From Octopus bimaculoides (lineage: Eukaryota), in assembly GCF_001194135.2 (NCBI RefSeq), contig NC_068997.1:1009399-1058319 (forward strand): a DNA stretch of 48,921 nucleotides, written 5' to 3'. The notes under the pieces were generated by a model. That model did no database searches and had not been told where the DNA came from. It was given only the letters and a program-made list of their open reading frames with translations. This document shows, piece by piece, positions 23,246-35,128 of this stretch; within the stretch, counting starts at the first letter, position 1; each line of letters starts with the position of its first letter. The position numbers were made by a program, and so were the translations under genes.

Positions 23246-24604
23246 GAGGTAAAAAGGAAACTAATAACACAGTGAACCACTTCTGTGTAATATTTCTGTA
23301 CGTTTAAATAGGCATCAACGCAATCTTCAACAGCTCACGAGTTAATAAATATTTGTTTATGAAACGGCATCAGTTCAAACAACGTTTGAGTGGTAAAGAC
23401 AATCAACTCTGGATTAATTGAACTGAAAATGAGTGACGAATAACAAAAATATTTGAAGTTGTTTTAGTTGTAGCTAACGATGAATTTTGTTCTTTAGTCT
23501 AAGGTCAGATTTGATTGAGAGAAAAAAAACAAAACAAAAACAATGATTAAAGGCGCTCTGCCAGCTACCAACCCATCTTTTTCATGAGACATAATGTATC
23601 CAGGACTATATTATCCAATGTGTTTGTTTTTAGAAGACTTAGGGTGTAATTTAAGGTTGCTTAGTTGCTATTTCTAGCAGACAGAATGACCACATAGAAG
23701 CCTTCTGGTTAATTCCTGTGAATTTTTAAAATCGGCGAAAAACCAAATATTTAATTCAAACAACATTGTTTTCCGTTTTCATTTTCTTATTGATTACAAT
23801 TTAATTAAATAAAATTGATGAAACAGTTGATATTTTCAGAAGAATCTGCAAATTATTAACGCTATCCTTTTGATCTAACAGAGACGACTTAAAAATGGAT
23901 CCAGTCTGGTGAGGTGGGCATATGTTAGAGACATTCTCTAGAATCTTCAAGTATTGACGTGTGTGTAACGTGTTTAGTATGTAACGTGCTTAACGTATGA
24001 TTTTGTGCGTGTGACATGGTTTAATATGTGGTATGTGTGTGCAAAATGTGTGTAACTGTATGTTACACACAGTGGAGTTAGTGATCAGAAGCTGAGATAG
24101 ATCATTGGTAGTGACTTGTTCATATCCCAGCGTAATACACCTCTCTCTCATAAAGCATCTAGTTTTTCCCTCTGTGAAGTTTAATATTTTGAGGACCCCA
24201 AGAAAGAATTAACGGATGTAATGCATGTAGCAGAAAAGAATCTTTGTCTTGGGTTGACTTTCAACTGCATCCGGTAGTGAAACCCTGGTTTGGGAGTTCC
24301 AGTGATTTTTAGGAATTTGGAACCACCTCTTAGTCACTATTGTTTCTAGGTCAACTCCGACCCAGATTAATAGCACATGTCATGGTCCCAGTTACGGGTC
24401 AAGTAGCATTTTAGGGTTTACCTTCTTATGCATGTGAAAATCAGATTCGGCAGACTCTACAGAAGAAACCTCTATGGTCCAATGGAATGGAAGGCGGCTG
24501 TAGCAAACGCATTGTCAGGTGCAGAGAGTAAGATGATGCGACCTCGGAACGATGTAAACATAAAATTCAACATGTAAATTTCTTAGCAATATTGATTTCT
24601 TACA

Positions 24605-24975
24605 AAGGCACAAAGAAGAGCTATAGTCGGTTAAGACTGAATTATTTGACTGGTATTTATTATAACGGCCAGGGAAAGATAAAATGTTAAGTTGACACTG
24701 AGGGAAATTGAACTCAGAACGTAAAGATACATAACTAAAAAGTGCAAGTCATTTTTGTTAGTTCTCAGGAATACTGATTTCAAATTTTGATGCAAGGCCA
24801 GCAATTTCGGGGGAGAGGATAAATTGATTACATCGACCCCAGTATTCAACTAGTACTTACTTCATCGATCCAGAAAAGGATGATAAGCAAAGTCGACCCC
24901 GAAAAGGATGATCAGCAAAGTCGGCCTCGGTGGAATTTAAACCCAGAACGTAAAGGTGAACGAAATGCTGCATTA
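24605..24975 (-). mobile_element. Two SINE family B copies; the second has an internal 28-bp tandem duplication
   Basis: Core motifs present; the duplication is 24873-24900 / 24901-24928. Confidence 0.8.
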
Positions 24976-25634
24976 TCATGTCACTGAAGACTAAATCGTT
25001 GGATTCCCTACTCCATTCATGTTCATTCATCTGAGAGACGAGAACCATCTAGTCATCCTTGAGGATGACTGATAACTTGCAAAGCGATTTTCTTTAAAGT
25101 GTTGAAGAGTTGCGTGTCGTCAGCCTCACTCTCTTATCCGTGACCATCTTCATTTCAGCAACAAGACCAGGTTAAGAGGACTGGGGTGGTTGTTAAAATA
25201 TCAGCTGAATGTTAGAATAAATATTTAATCATCCATATACCCCCAATAAAGGCCTTGTTCTTGTCTTACTACTCAGTGTAACTGACAAATATTGAAGTCC
25301 ATTTCAAAATCAAACAGTAAAGTAGCGCAGATAGCACAATCCCTAGAAATCTTCAAAAGTTGTTAATAAAAGAAACTGGTCAAATAACTTTGTAGACAGC
25401 AAAGGAATATCTGCATGGGCACATGACATACTAGAAATAGCAACCAAATCTCCTACAACCTTACCGGTTTAAAGAAGGGAAGAATATACTTGAGAAAGCA
25501 TAGTTGTCATCTTCACGGTTTCTCTTGTAATTTTGAGAAGTTTTGTCTATAAATAATTCTTTCAAAATATCTTCTGATTAGTAAAATTCTGGTTTTATGT
25601 AGAAGTGTTATAATGATTTGAATGTTCTTGTATC

Positions 25635-26011
25635 TGTATCGTCCATCGTGCGGGTTAACAAGGGATGCATTCACATCTTAGGTAGAGGGGTCTCTTCGAA
25701 AAATATATTGCAGTCTGTGTCCACTGCCGGTTTTTATTCGAGCTCTGAATACGCACCACAGTTATTCTGCTCCATCAATGTATTTGGGAACTGGTTAATA
25801 CCAACACACCAATACTAATAATATCATCCAGCTACACCTATGTGCGAAATGGAAATTTTATAATTTAGAGGCCAATTATGTCACCTGATGACGTTTCTTC
25901 TGTACTGTGGGGTGCATTCGATTTCATTATATCATTCCCCACCCACTAGGGAGCAGTGCAGAAGTATGCCGAAACGATCGTTGTGATAAATAAAGTTTCC
26001 AATACATTCTG

Positions 26012-26015
<4 letters not shown>
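25635..26015 (+). mobile_element. 3' end of a Penelope-like element: decayed GIY-YIG, hammerhead-containing pseudo-LTR, AATAAA
   Basis: CIVHRAG*...KYIAVCVHCRF...TTVILLHQCIWELVNTNTP resembles C.VY.A...YIG...F...T.LS..IW.LK. It is followed by the hammerhead core and AATAAA at 25989-25994. Confidence 0.65.
25879..25988 (+). ncRNA. Minimal type I hammerhead ribozyme motif (partly degenerate)
   Basis: Stem I UGUCAC (25879-25884) / GUGAUA (25983-25988); CUGAUGA 25885-25891; long stem II uucuguacug/cagugcagaa; GAAA 25971-25974; C-GAUC-G stem III; GUU cleavage triplet 25980-25982. Confidence 0.75.
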
Positions 26016-26051
<36 letters not shown>

Positions 26052-27279
26052 GCACACACTTATATTGTTATTTGGAACCGAATAGTCAAGAAGATCACAA
26101 TTCAGCAAATCAATGCATTTCAAATGTAGAGTGGATATTTATTCATCTATTTATTTCTCATATTCACTGTACAATATCTAAACTAATCCAGTTTGTTCTA
26201 ATGATCTTTTCAGAGGTCAAATATGATTATATTTTAATGTTTATCATATTTATACAGGTTACCTTAAAACCAAAGCAAAAACAAAAAAAAAAAAACAAAA
26301 ACCCACATGGATTCAAAATTTACAAAATATTAGTAAAATAACCAACTGTGTATATTACTGATATCGGCTATTTTGAACCATTTTTGGTGAGTTTTATAAA
26401 TCTGTTTGATTGACGGATGCAAAGAGAGAAGAAAATTAAAATTGAACAGAAATTGATATATTTTTTATTGATGCTTAAAATAAATTATTTTAACGATTGT
26501 ATTTTTGAGAACCTGAATACTCGAACGATTTGTCTCTTTACATATTAAATTAGCAGATTTTATTTGAAGAAAAAATTCAGCCTAGAGTGAAATCATTAAA
26601 CATTTATTCTACCAAGTTAAAGTAGTCATAGTTTTCAAAAATGATCATCTACAACCAAGTAAATTCGAATTGAAAGAATCAGTTTAAATCATCTTCTAGT
26701 AAATACTTATAATGTCATTTTATATTCTGTAAAATAGTGTCTGTAAATGTTTTCTAGTATCTTAGTTAATGTAAATATATTAAATCATCAATAATTGAAT
26801 TTAGAGAGAGGGAGAGAGGGAGAGAGAGAGAGAGAGAGAGAGATACGAAACAAGTATGCATTTTTATCAAATTGTTATACCGTTCAATACAAGTGTTAGT
26901 CTGCAATGAGTCTACAATGTGGGAGGACTATCTTCTCTCAATGAAAATAATAATAATTATATATATTTTATTAATTGCGACACGACTTCGATGGCATCAT
27001 GTTGTCATCTTAAATTAAGCCTGAAATGAAGCAAGTGGTGTAATTCATATTTTATCAACTGTCAGGTTTAACTTCATCTTATAGAAATTAAACACTATTT
27101 ACGTTATTCAGCAGTTTATCATAAGGAATTCGAATTTTAATTCGGTGTTTGTTATATTTAATAAAACATTTCATTTTTAAAATTAAATTTTGCTGCAAAT
27201 CTAATGTGTACTCTTTAGTCCGAATTAATAAATTTTAAGCTTTTATTTTTGAAAATCCTAAAATAATTCTTTTATCTTG

Positions 27280-27620
27280 TTTGTCATCGAACTGTGATCA
27301 TGGTGGAAGCTCATGATCTCAAGCGCAAACATAAGTTCCCTTAAATGTCCAATGCGATTCCCTGCATATCCCGTTTTATATCAGAATGATCCTCTCTTAG
27401 GACAAGCTTTAAAAATTTCTGAGTGCCCTTGCTTTATTGTCACATTGTCATGATTTTCAGTCTGGCATTCGGTGTTTGGCTTCCTACTGCTGATGGTTCG
27501 TAGTACGGTGAAATTACGTGATACAATGGTCCCATCCACTGGTACTGATGAAATTTCGCCAGCCGATAGAATTTCGGTACTTCTGAGCATTTGTCGCGTA
27601 TTTGAAATTATTTTTTGAGA
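27280..27620 (-). mobile_element. Fossil Penelope-like RT N-terminal segment
   Basis: VPKFYRLAKFHQYQWMGPLYHVIS resembles P.FYGLPKIHK...PLRPIVS; EIMSFHHDHSSMTN lies downstream at the SFDV.SL.TN position. Confidence 0.6.
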
Positions 27621-28112
27621 CTTTCGCCGCAGCCTACGGCGTTATGAACAGCACGTTCAAAGATAAAAGAAAAACGGTTTATAAAAATGTTCAAATCTGT
27701 TCTGAACGGAAATAATAACAATAATATGACAACCAGCTAATGGTGTGGATTAAAAAATATCTTTAACATGAATATAAACAAATTACAGTATATCGGTACC
27801 CTGGCAAACCGTGACGTTTAAGCTGCATGCGGATTGGTCAAAACCGTATTCCATAAATTCAGCTTCTCAGAGCGTTCTAAGAGGTACTACAGTTGTCAAG
27901 AACTCAACTGTAAGTTAAATGCATATGAAATCTGATGATTACTACGAACGTATGAAATCGTTAATTGAACTTTATGAAAATATTCTTTTAGTGTTAAAAC
28001 ACCATAAAAAAACATGAAAACCGACCATGTTTAAATTTATTCAACACACACACACACACACGCATGAATTCATATATTATATGTATACATGTGTGTGTGT
28101 GTGCGTGTGTGT

Positions 28113-28345
28113 GAAGGCGCGTGGTCCTGTAGTTATGGCCTTGCTCTGATGATTTAGCAGTCGTAGATTCGATTTTCGGACTGAGCAGTGCGTTGTGTTC
28201 TCGGGCAAAACATTACATTTCACATTGCTTCAGCCCATTCACTTGTGTACATTTCACCCTGCGACGGACTAGATTTCTGACCAGGGGAGATATTGGCTTG
28301 CTCGCATTGTCAACGAGATGGCATCATTCGAAAGCTAAAACGATG
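28113..28345 (+). mobile_element. Degenerate tRNA-derived SINE (gaaggcgcgtgg...gcgttgtgttctcgggcaaaacattacatttcac)
   Basis: tRNA-like head plus a core typical of invertebrate deep-domain SINEs. Confidence 0.6.
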
Positions 28346-28363
28346 CAAAGCATCCAATAGTCG

Positions 28364-28464
<101 letters not shown>

Positions 28465-29149
28465 TCGGAAAAAAACTATAAGCAGAGGGTTAGAATTCCA
28501 GTGTATTGTATCAAGTCCATGGCTCCAGACTGTAAACAGGGGTAGTAAGTAAATTCACCATAGCAAAAACGAGAGCTCACTGAAATTACAGTGTGGTCTA
28601 CTAATTAATAATATTGTGTTCTAGTCTTTTTATCGCCTCAGTTTAAATGGAAACATTATACTATCGTTTCTGCAATCGACTTCCTCTTCTAAAGGGTGGT
28701 AGTTGTACGAGTCAAATCAATAAAAATCTTTCTTATGCCTGCTCCACCATGTCTCTGTAAACACGAGGAATTGTTAGAAAACGAAACAATCACGTTCACC
28801 ACGAATAGGTCTAGTGAACGTTTGCAAAATATTTCTTTTGCTATTTCAAAGACCCAACAAACTCCGCCTTTTCCTATTTGTCATCAAATAACTCATTATT
28901 CTGAATGGTACATAAAGAGGTCTATTTTTTTCTCATTGCTTTTTTTCCTTTGCCAACGAACAAAAAATTCATTTTGTGATTCTAATCATCCGGAAAAGCG
29001 TGAATAAATCAAGCGTAAAATATGGCAAATGATTTGATACTATCAACGAACCATGACAAGGAACAGGGAAATAATTGATTACATGTCACAAATGTGTTGG
29101 CTGTGTAACAGCTGTCATCTATACAGGCCTCCGCTGCCGCTGCTACTTC

Positions 29150-29200
<51 letters not shown>

Positions 29201-29205
29201 TAATA

Positions 29206-29763
29206 AATGCCCTGATGCAGTACCAGACAGTGGTTCTCATGGCTTCTTATCTTAACTGATTGGAAGTGCTGTCATGTATATTGTTTTGTCTTGGTATAAA
29301 AGATGGGCTACAGCAAATATTCTGCTCAATACCACAGATTTGCTTGTCAGTTGCTTGATATTAACCAGTTGAGCATGTCCCTTAGTGGCTGACGATATGT
29401 GCATCTCTGATCATGAGCAGAAGTAGTGGTGGAGCATCAGAGCCATGTTTTGAGAGGATTTCTTTGAGGTTTGAATAATTCACCTCTGGAAACATGGGTG
29501 TTTCGTTCATCCTCCTTAAACAAACCTTATTCAGGGACCTTTTGAGTGGGATAGGCTACTCGACCTGAAGAAAATTCTAACTGGGCCCCACCTGCAAGGT
29601 CATGCGCTGTTTATCTTGATATGAGACTACTATGTCGCGCACATATGGTTGTGATGCATGTGCCTGGTGTACCCTTATCAGACGGGTAGTCATGATGGGT
29701 ATACTGGGCTTGGTATAGTTTACCCCAGTGTCACTTTGATGGCATGTACTGCTCCGTCACTCA

Positions 29764-29764
<1 letters not shown>
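29206..29764. mobile_element. ~560-bp non-coding interspersed element embedded between two (AAT)n arrays
   Basis: (AAT)n at 29151-29205 and 29765-29816 flank a GC-richer block that I recall as an abundant octopus repeat. Confidence 0.65.
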
Positions 29765-29816
<52 letters not shown>

Positions 29817-29817
<1 letters not shown>

Positions 29818-29985
29818 GTTTCAAATTTTGGCACAAGGCTCCCAATTTCAGGGGAAGGGATAAGTCGATGACATCGACCCAGTGTTCAACTGGTACTTAA
29901 TTTATCGACACCGAAAGGATAAAAGGCAATGTCGATGTCGGGTGAATATGAACTCAGAACGTATAGACGGACGAAATGCCGCTGG
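29817..29985 (-). mobile_element. SINE family B
   Basis: Core motifs present. Confidence 0.8.
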
Positions 29986-30169
29986 CGAACTGGCTTTATG
30001 AGGAAACTTTTAAATTTATTATTATTTTTTTTTTGTTCTTAACAATTGTGTGTTTATTTTTGTCTTATTTTGTATATCTATAATTTAGAAAAGGTGAAAG
30101 CTTTGATTTTTATGTTTTTTCTCGTTTGGGTAAAAGGATGTTGCTGAACATGTTTTCTCGTTTATATTC

Positions 30170-31020
30170 ACTCAAAATGGCCACAAGACATCAGACAGCA
30201 ACCCCTTAATCAAAAACACTAGTACAAAGAATTTTAGTGACTTTTTCGTAGCATGAATAGCAGAGAAGTACAGACACTTCTTTGCCAGATGAAAATATTT
30301 TAAACGATCTTAACAATATAAATGTTATGGTTCAAGTCTAATTAAAGGCGGGATTTCAAAAAAGAATATGATTCTTTGTCAGAAGAATTTCTCCAAGTAC
30401 GAGCGAGGAAGAAAGTGATATACACCTGAAAAAGCAGTATGTCTTTGTGAAAGACTTTACTAAAGCAACTAAAAGAAGTCTTATCTATGTAGGTAAAGTG
30501 GTTATCTCCTACATGGTCACCGTATATGGTGACCATGTGGTCATCATCTACATGGTCACCAACAACTGTGGCTAGATATACGGCAGTGTCTGTTTGGTTT
30601 TGAAGACTGAATGCAAGATGGCACGTCATCCTCTGGCATGGACCCATACCCCAATGCATCGTACATCGCCAGGTTATCTGTGTATTGTTGTATGAGCCAA
30701 TAGTTGTAACATAAGCCACGAATCACCAACACATTGGCAGTGGCATTGATTCTTGGTTCATTGACACCCTTTTAATTCAATATGGGGAGATGGTAAGGGA
30801 AGAGGTAATTAAAAGTGATATATTCATGAGGGGTTAGTAACAACATACAAATCCTGATAACTCCTGGAAACTACAAGGCCATCCTGGAATAGGGTTGCGT
30901 AGTGGGAGCCGAGACAGGTACTCTGAAACTGGTAGTGCTGGACGGAAGAGGTGGCTACTATACGTGTGATTGTAAGAACTACTTGAGGGCCTTCTTCATT
31001 AGAAAGGCAGAAGAGGGGAC
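30170..31020 (+). mobile_element. Possible decayed LINE ORF1 fossil
   Basis: GIDSWFIDTLL and KLVVLDGRGGYYTCDCKNYLRAF parallel EVEVAWIVATFL and LAVHVEGRRPRCFPCG of the ORF1 at 34557-35128. Confidence 0.3.
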
Positions 31021-31622
31021 AGAGTGTGGCAACAACAACAACAACAACAACAAAAACAACAGCAGATCCTATAGGTTGCTATTTCAACAGCACCCTCACC
31101 ACTCGTATCGCAAACTCTAGCTTCGAGGATGGTCGAAAGCATACCTCGTACTTCAAGACCAAAGTCTTATGAATTGCTACTTATACTACACTTACCGTAT
31201 CTCTATCAGTGAACAAACTACAGAGTCTTGACCTGTCTTTGGGTAAAAGAAAGTGCAACAAGTAAATTAACGTTAAAAATTTAGAGTGACAGAACCATTG
31301 AGCAACATGACTATCCATTTCTGAATGTTCGAAAAACATTACAGTGGCAACAAGCAAAACCAACAGCTTGGCCAACAAACATTTTAGGTTTCATAGGAAG
31401 GGTCCTTCATATAGGGTCTTTCATAGCCATATGTAGATGCACATATGCAACTAGAAAGGAGGCTATAGTAAAACTATTTGGCCAGGATAAAATGCGGTCA
31501 GATCGAACACGGACATCGTGTTTGCGAAACAAACTTCTCAGCCACACAACCAAGGCTATATGCTTATGTATGTATGCATGTATGTATGTTGGAACGGGGA
31601 GACTGGATGCAGATAAAGTTGT

Positions 31623-31742
31623 AAATAATGCGTGTAAACATTGGGTTAAAAAAAATACTTGGGGAAGAAAAAGTCTCACGAGCAGCCTTCAACTTTTTCT
31701 ATCCAAAGTTTTTTTTAACCCAATGTTTACACACTATTATTT
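31623..31742. mobile_element. 120-bp MITE-like inverted repeat
   Basis: Perfect 24-bp core arms at 31632-31655 and 31709-31732, extending imperfectly to about 38-40 bp. Confidence 0.7.
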
Positions 31743-31816
31743 ATAGCTTTATCTGCTTCGAGTTTCACAGTTCTCTCGAAGTTCATAAATTCTTATGATG
31801 TCAAAAATATCAACAT

Positions 31817-31859
<43 letters not shown>

Positions 31860-33747
31860 GAGAGCTTCAAAGATTAAAATGGAGAGGAATTCCATCCCAA
31901 CGGCAGTCGTGTGTGGGTCGGTCGGTTCTAACAAGAGGGTGAAGGCTTTTACGATTACGTAAGTTGCTGGTTCTGATGCCGTCGGTGGCGACGGCTGCTG
32001 CTGCACGCGCGAACTGGTACTACTATTACTACTATTACTACCACCACCATCAGTGCTGCACACACTAGTAAACACATACACGCATACAAATACACATGCA
32101 CATACACAGATTATTCTAACACTGAATTGAAAACAGTTTAATTTAATCAAATTCCGAAATTAGATTTTAATTAATTATTAATTGTTTGTGTTTCTATTAT
32201 TTCTTGTTTGAACTTTTATTGCTGTTTCATCTTGGAATTCATCCATTTATTTCGATTTTCAGTTATGTTCCAACTCACCAAATTAGTTCTAATATGGACC
32301 AAATTGTTTTAGGCGAAATATTCAAGTAATTCCAGTTGTAAATAAAATTATTTGATAATTATAAAAAAAGTCGGTATTTATTCATTTAATTAACATCTCT
32401 ATAATGTGAAAATGAAGCCGTAACATTTAGCAGAAAACTTGACAAAAAATTAATCAAAGATTTTCAAAATCATTTTAAATGGTTAAGTTTATTTTCTTCG
32501 AATCGTTGTTGATTATAAAATGAAATCGCCGTCGAGTGTCAGTTCTTTTAGTAAGTGGTAGTTAGGAGTTCACTTTCCTGATAGCTTTCGAACGATAGAG
32601 ATGGAACGAAGAAGGAAACAAGAGCATTTAAATCAGTAGCTTGTTATTGATTTCTGATGTTTGAGTCGTATAAAACTGGCCGGGATTTTCAACCGTGTTG
32701 AGAGAAGTAACAATGAATTACCACCAACTTCCCTAATCACAACTCACTCCTCTATTTCTTCCCAAACTTCTCACAATGTTTTCGCTATAATTTATATCCT
32801 CTGTACTGAACAGAGCTCGACATCCATCTGACGGCAGAGAGTAGAAATAAAACCTTTAATCTATTTAGTTTCTTTTCTTACAGATTAAAGTGATAATTTG
32901 ACCTTTTATCTTTACTGATTCTATGAATTAATACACATTATTACACCGGGCTGAATTCTATCGGCTTCTCCTTTTCATCATGGAATATTCACTTTATCAA
33001 ATGAAACCAACAATTTCTCGCATTCTTGAACTAAAAATCAATCTATTTTCGGTATGAAATCTCAGCTCAGTTTTGTTCAATACAACCTCCTCTCCACCCT
33101 CAACTTCTTAGCAAGACTCCACGGATATCAAAATTGAAAAAGATGAAAAAAGGTGCTGGGTGGTTTTATGGTCTAAAGGTGTTTTAAATTTTGAATTATT
33201 ATGAAATTAAAGTTAATTAGGCACATCGAAGTAGTACAATATCGTTTTCTAACGTTTCCATCGAGCATATCAATCGTTTCTAAGATTCTCATTATCTTAA
33301 ACAAAATAATAAATTTAGGAAATTTTTGTTGAAACGTCAGGTTTTAACTGAACAACTTTAGTTGGTGTAAATTTTAAAGAATTTCACCGATTATTAGCGG
33401 GAGGTTGTTTTCTGTTTTCATGGAAATATGATGTAGATGTTCTTATAATATCGTCATCTGGTTTTGTCAATTAAATTCTTTGTTTCTTGGAAGCAAGACA
33501 AAACTGACTCTGTAAATGATGACAGAATTAGCTTGAACTTCTTTTAGAAGTGATATCGCCTCAACACTGTTATAGCGTATAAAATCTATATGTCTATTCA
33601 GGTATAAATAATATAGATCTATATACACATTTTGAGGTATATATCGTATATGTATATACTACAGAACCTATACACACACGTACAGACACATACGTCGATG
33701 TGTAAAGTTATTACCATCAACAGTTTAGTTGCATTAATAGCACATCC

Positions 33748-33853
33748 ATAAGGCGGCGTGCTGACAGAATCATTAGCACACCGGGCAAAATGCTTAGCGG
33801 CATTTCGTCTGTCTACGTTATAAGTTCAAATTCTGCCGAGGTCGACTTTGCTG
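33748..33853 (+). mobile_element. SINE family B 5' part, 3'-truncated
   Basis: ggcggcgtgctgacagaatc...gaggtcgactttgct, then an abrupt switch to LINE sequence. Confidence 0.85.
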
Positions 33854-34400
33854 ACTACGGATTTGGAAAGACTGTTAATATTTCCACTCATAAAAACGAC
33901 AAAAAGACTGGTCTTAATCCTATGGAACACAGAACGGAGAATTGGAATTTTGCTAGAGCTGACAGTGCCATGGGAAGAGAACATCGCTAATGCAGAGCAA
34001 CGGAAGGAGAAGAGATACGAGAAACTAATCGAAGAGTACAGAGAACGGATGGACTGTCGAGTACTACCATCTGACAGTGGGGGCTAGAAGATTCATTGAA
34101 AGGAAAATGACAACGTTATTCAAAAGAAGGTTTCCATTTTCGAGCTCAGAGCTGAGAAAAGGACACAGGAGGCAGTCGAAAAAGCCAGTTTCTATATATG
34201 GCTGAAGCGAGAAGACCAAAAATGGCTTGAAAGCCATAACATGCCGACTGGGAAATAGCGTCGCTCGGTGAAACTGGCTGATACTTAAACAGGATCGCTG
34301 ATTGACAGGCAGCGGTCTCGTTCATGGCGCCCCTCCTCCTGGTTTGAAGCATTGTACCACCAAACAGCTGGTCGGCTCTGGCTGCTGTAACTGAAACTAA
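33854..34400 (+). mobile_element. HERO-like LINE 3' end (RLE domain and 3' UTR)
   Basis: DLERLLIFP...ILLELTVPWEENIANAEQRKEKRYEKLIEE and QEAVEKASFYIWLKRE match the RLE motif ELTVPWE...ERK..KY..L and the terminal EKAS.WLW.KR. Confidence 0.85.
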
Positions 34401-34424
34401 CACGACACTGTTGGAAGGTAGGTT

Positions 34425-34545
34425 TAGAGAGGGCGCGGGCTAAGATTTCGCGTCCTTCCCCTCCATTGGTCAGTTGAAGTCTAGACAGTGTCACGTGACA
34501 ACTAGTTGGTGCTAGCTACTGGAGCCTACCAGCGAGTATTTAAAG
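34425..34545 (+). promoter_or_regulatory. Compact Pol II promoter-like motif cluster
   Basis: GC-rich gagggcgcgggc, reverse CCAAT (34465-34469), 12-bp palindromic E-box tgtcacgtgaca (34489-34500) and tatttaaa (34537-34544), all upstream of ATG 34557. Confidence 0.35.
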
Positions 34546-34556
34546 GGAAATTTGGC

Positions 34557-35128
34557 ATGATAACGGAAGAAAACGGTGAGAGTAAAATAACTCCACCGAG
34601 CGAGATACGAAACAAAACTAAAGGGAGGACAATAATTTACAAGTCGTATGACGCAGGAAAAAAAAAAGATTGGGATTTGTTGAGGAGAGTACAATCGAAA
34701 AGTGTCTCGGGCCGGTGACGAAGGAGATAAAGTACCTAGCCCGAGGCACAAGATACGCCACAGTTGAAGCGAGGTTCGAGTCAATTGAGAAAGCAAGGGA
34801 GTTCTCAACTCGAACCTTGCAATGTGGCAACGTTATACTGCTGCCGCTATATCTGGGACGCAGAACGTCCCGGATAAAAATTAAGAACATTCCCCCAGAG
34901 GTGGAGGTGGCATGGATCGTTGCCACATTCCTTTACAAAAGAAAAGATAAGATAAATATAATCGAGATCTCCAGAGACGTCCCACAGAATTGGCGGGGTC
35001 AATTTCTGGAGAAACTGGTACAGGCAACCAGCACAGATTTGGAAAGGCTACCCGAGACAGTTCAAATAGAGGTGTTATTGGCGGTGCATGTTGAGGGTAG
35101 ACGACCCAGGTGCTTTCCCTGTGGTTAA
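34557..35128 (+). pseudogene. LINE ORF1-like (RRM-like region plus a truncated CCHC knuckle), broken by a frameshift at an A10 run
   Basis: MITEENGESK...YDAGKKK (frame of 34557) continues as LGFVEESTIEK...RIKIKNIPPEVEVAW...VEGRRPRCFPCG* (frame of 34670). It is followed by a T-rich tail with AATAAA and an A-run at 35315-35324. Confidence 0.6.

Noticed and set aside
24047-24071. 10-bp hairpin tgtgtgtaac/gttacacaca (and 7-8-bp hairpins at about 13245, 18815, 27888 and 36113)
   Set aside because: Short, partly built from dinucleotide repeats, and expected by chance in 49 kb.
27925-27965. CTGATGA...GAAA at 27.93 kb (and CTGATGA at 27.55 kb)
   Set aside because: No stem I pairing and no C...GUH junction, so not a hammerhead.
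28696-29007. 103-aa ORF
   Set aside because: No ATG at its start, no domain-like pattern, and no supporting splice structure.
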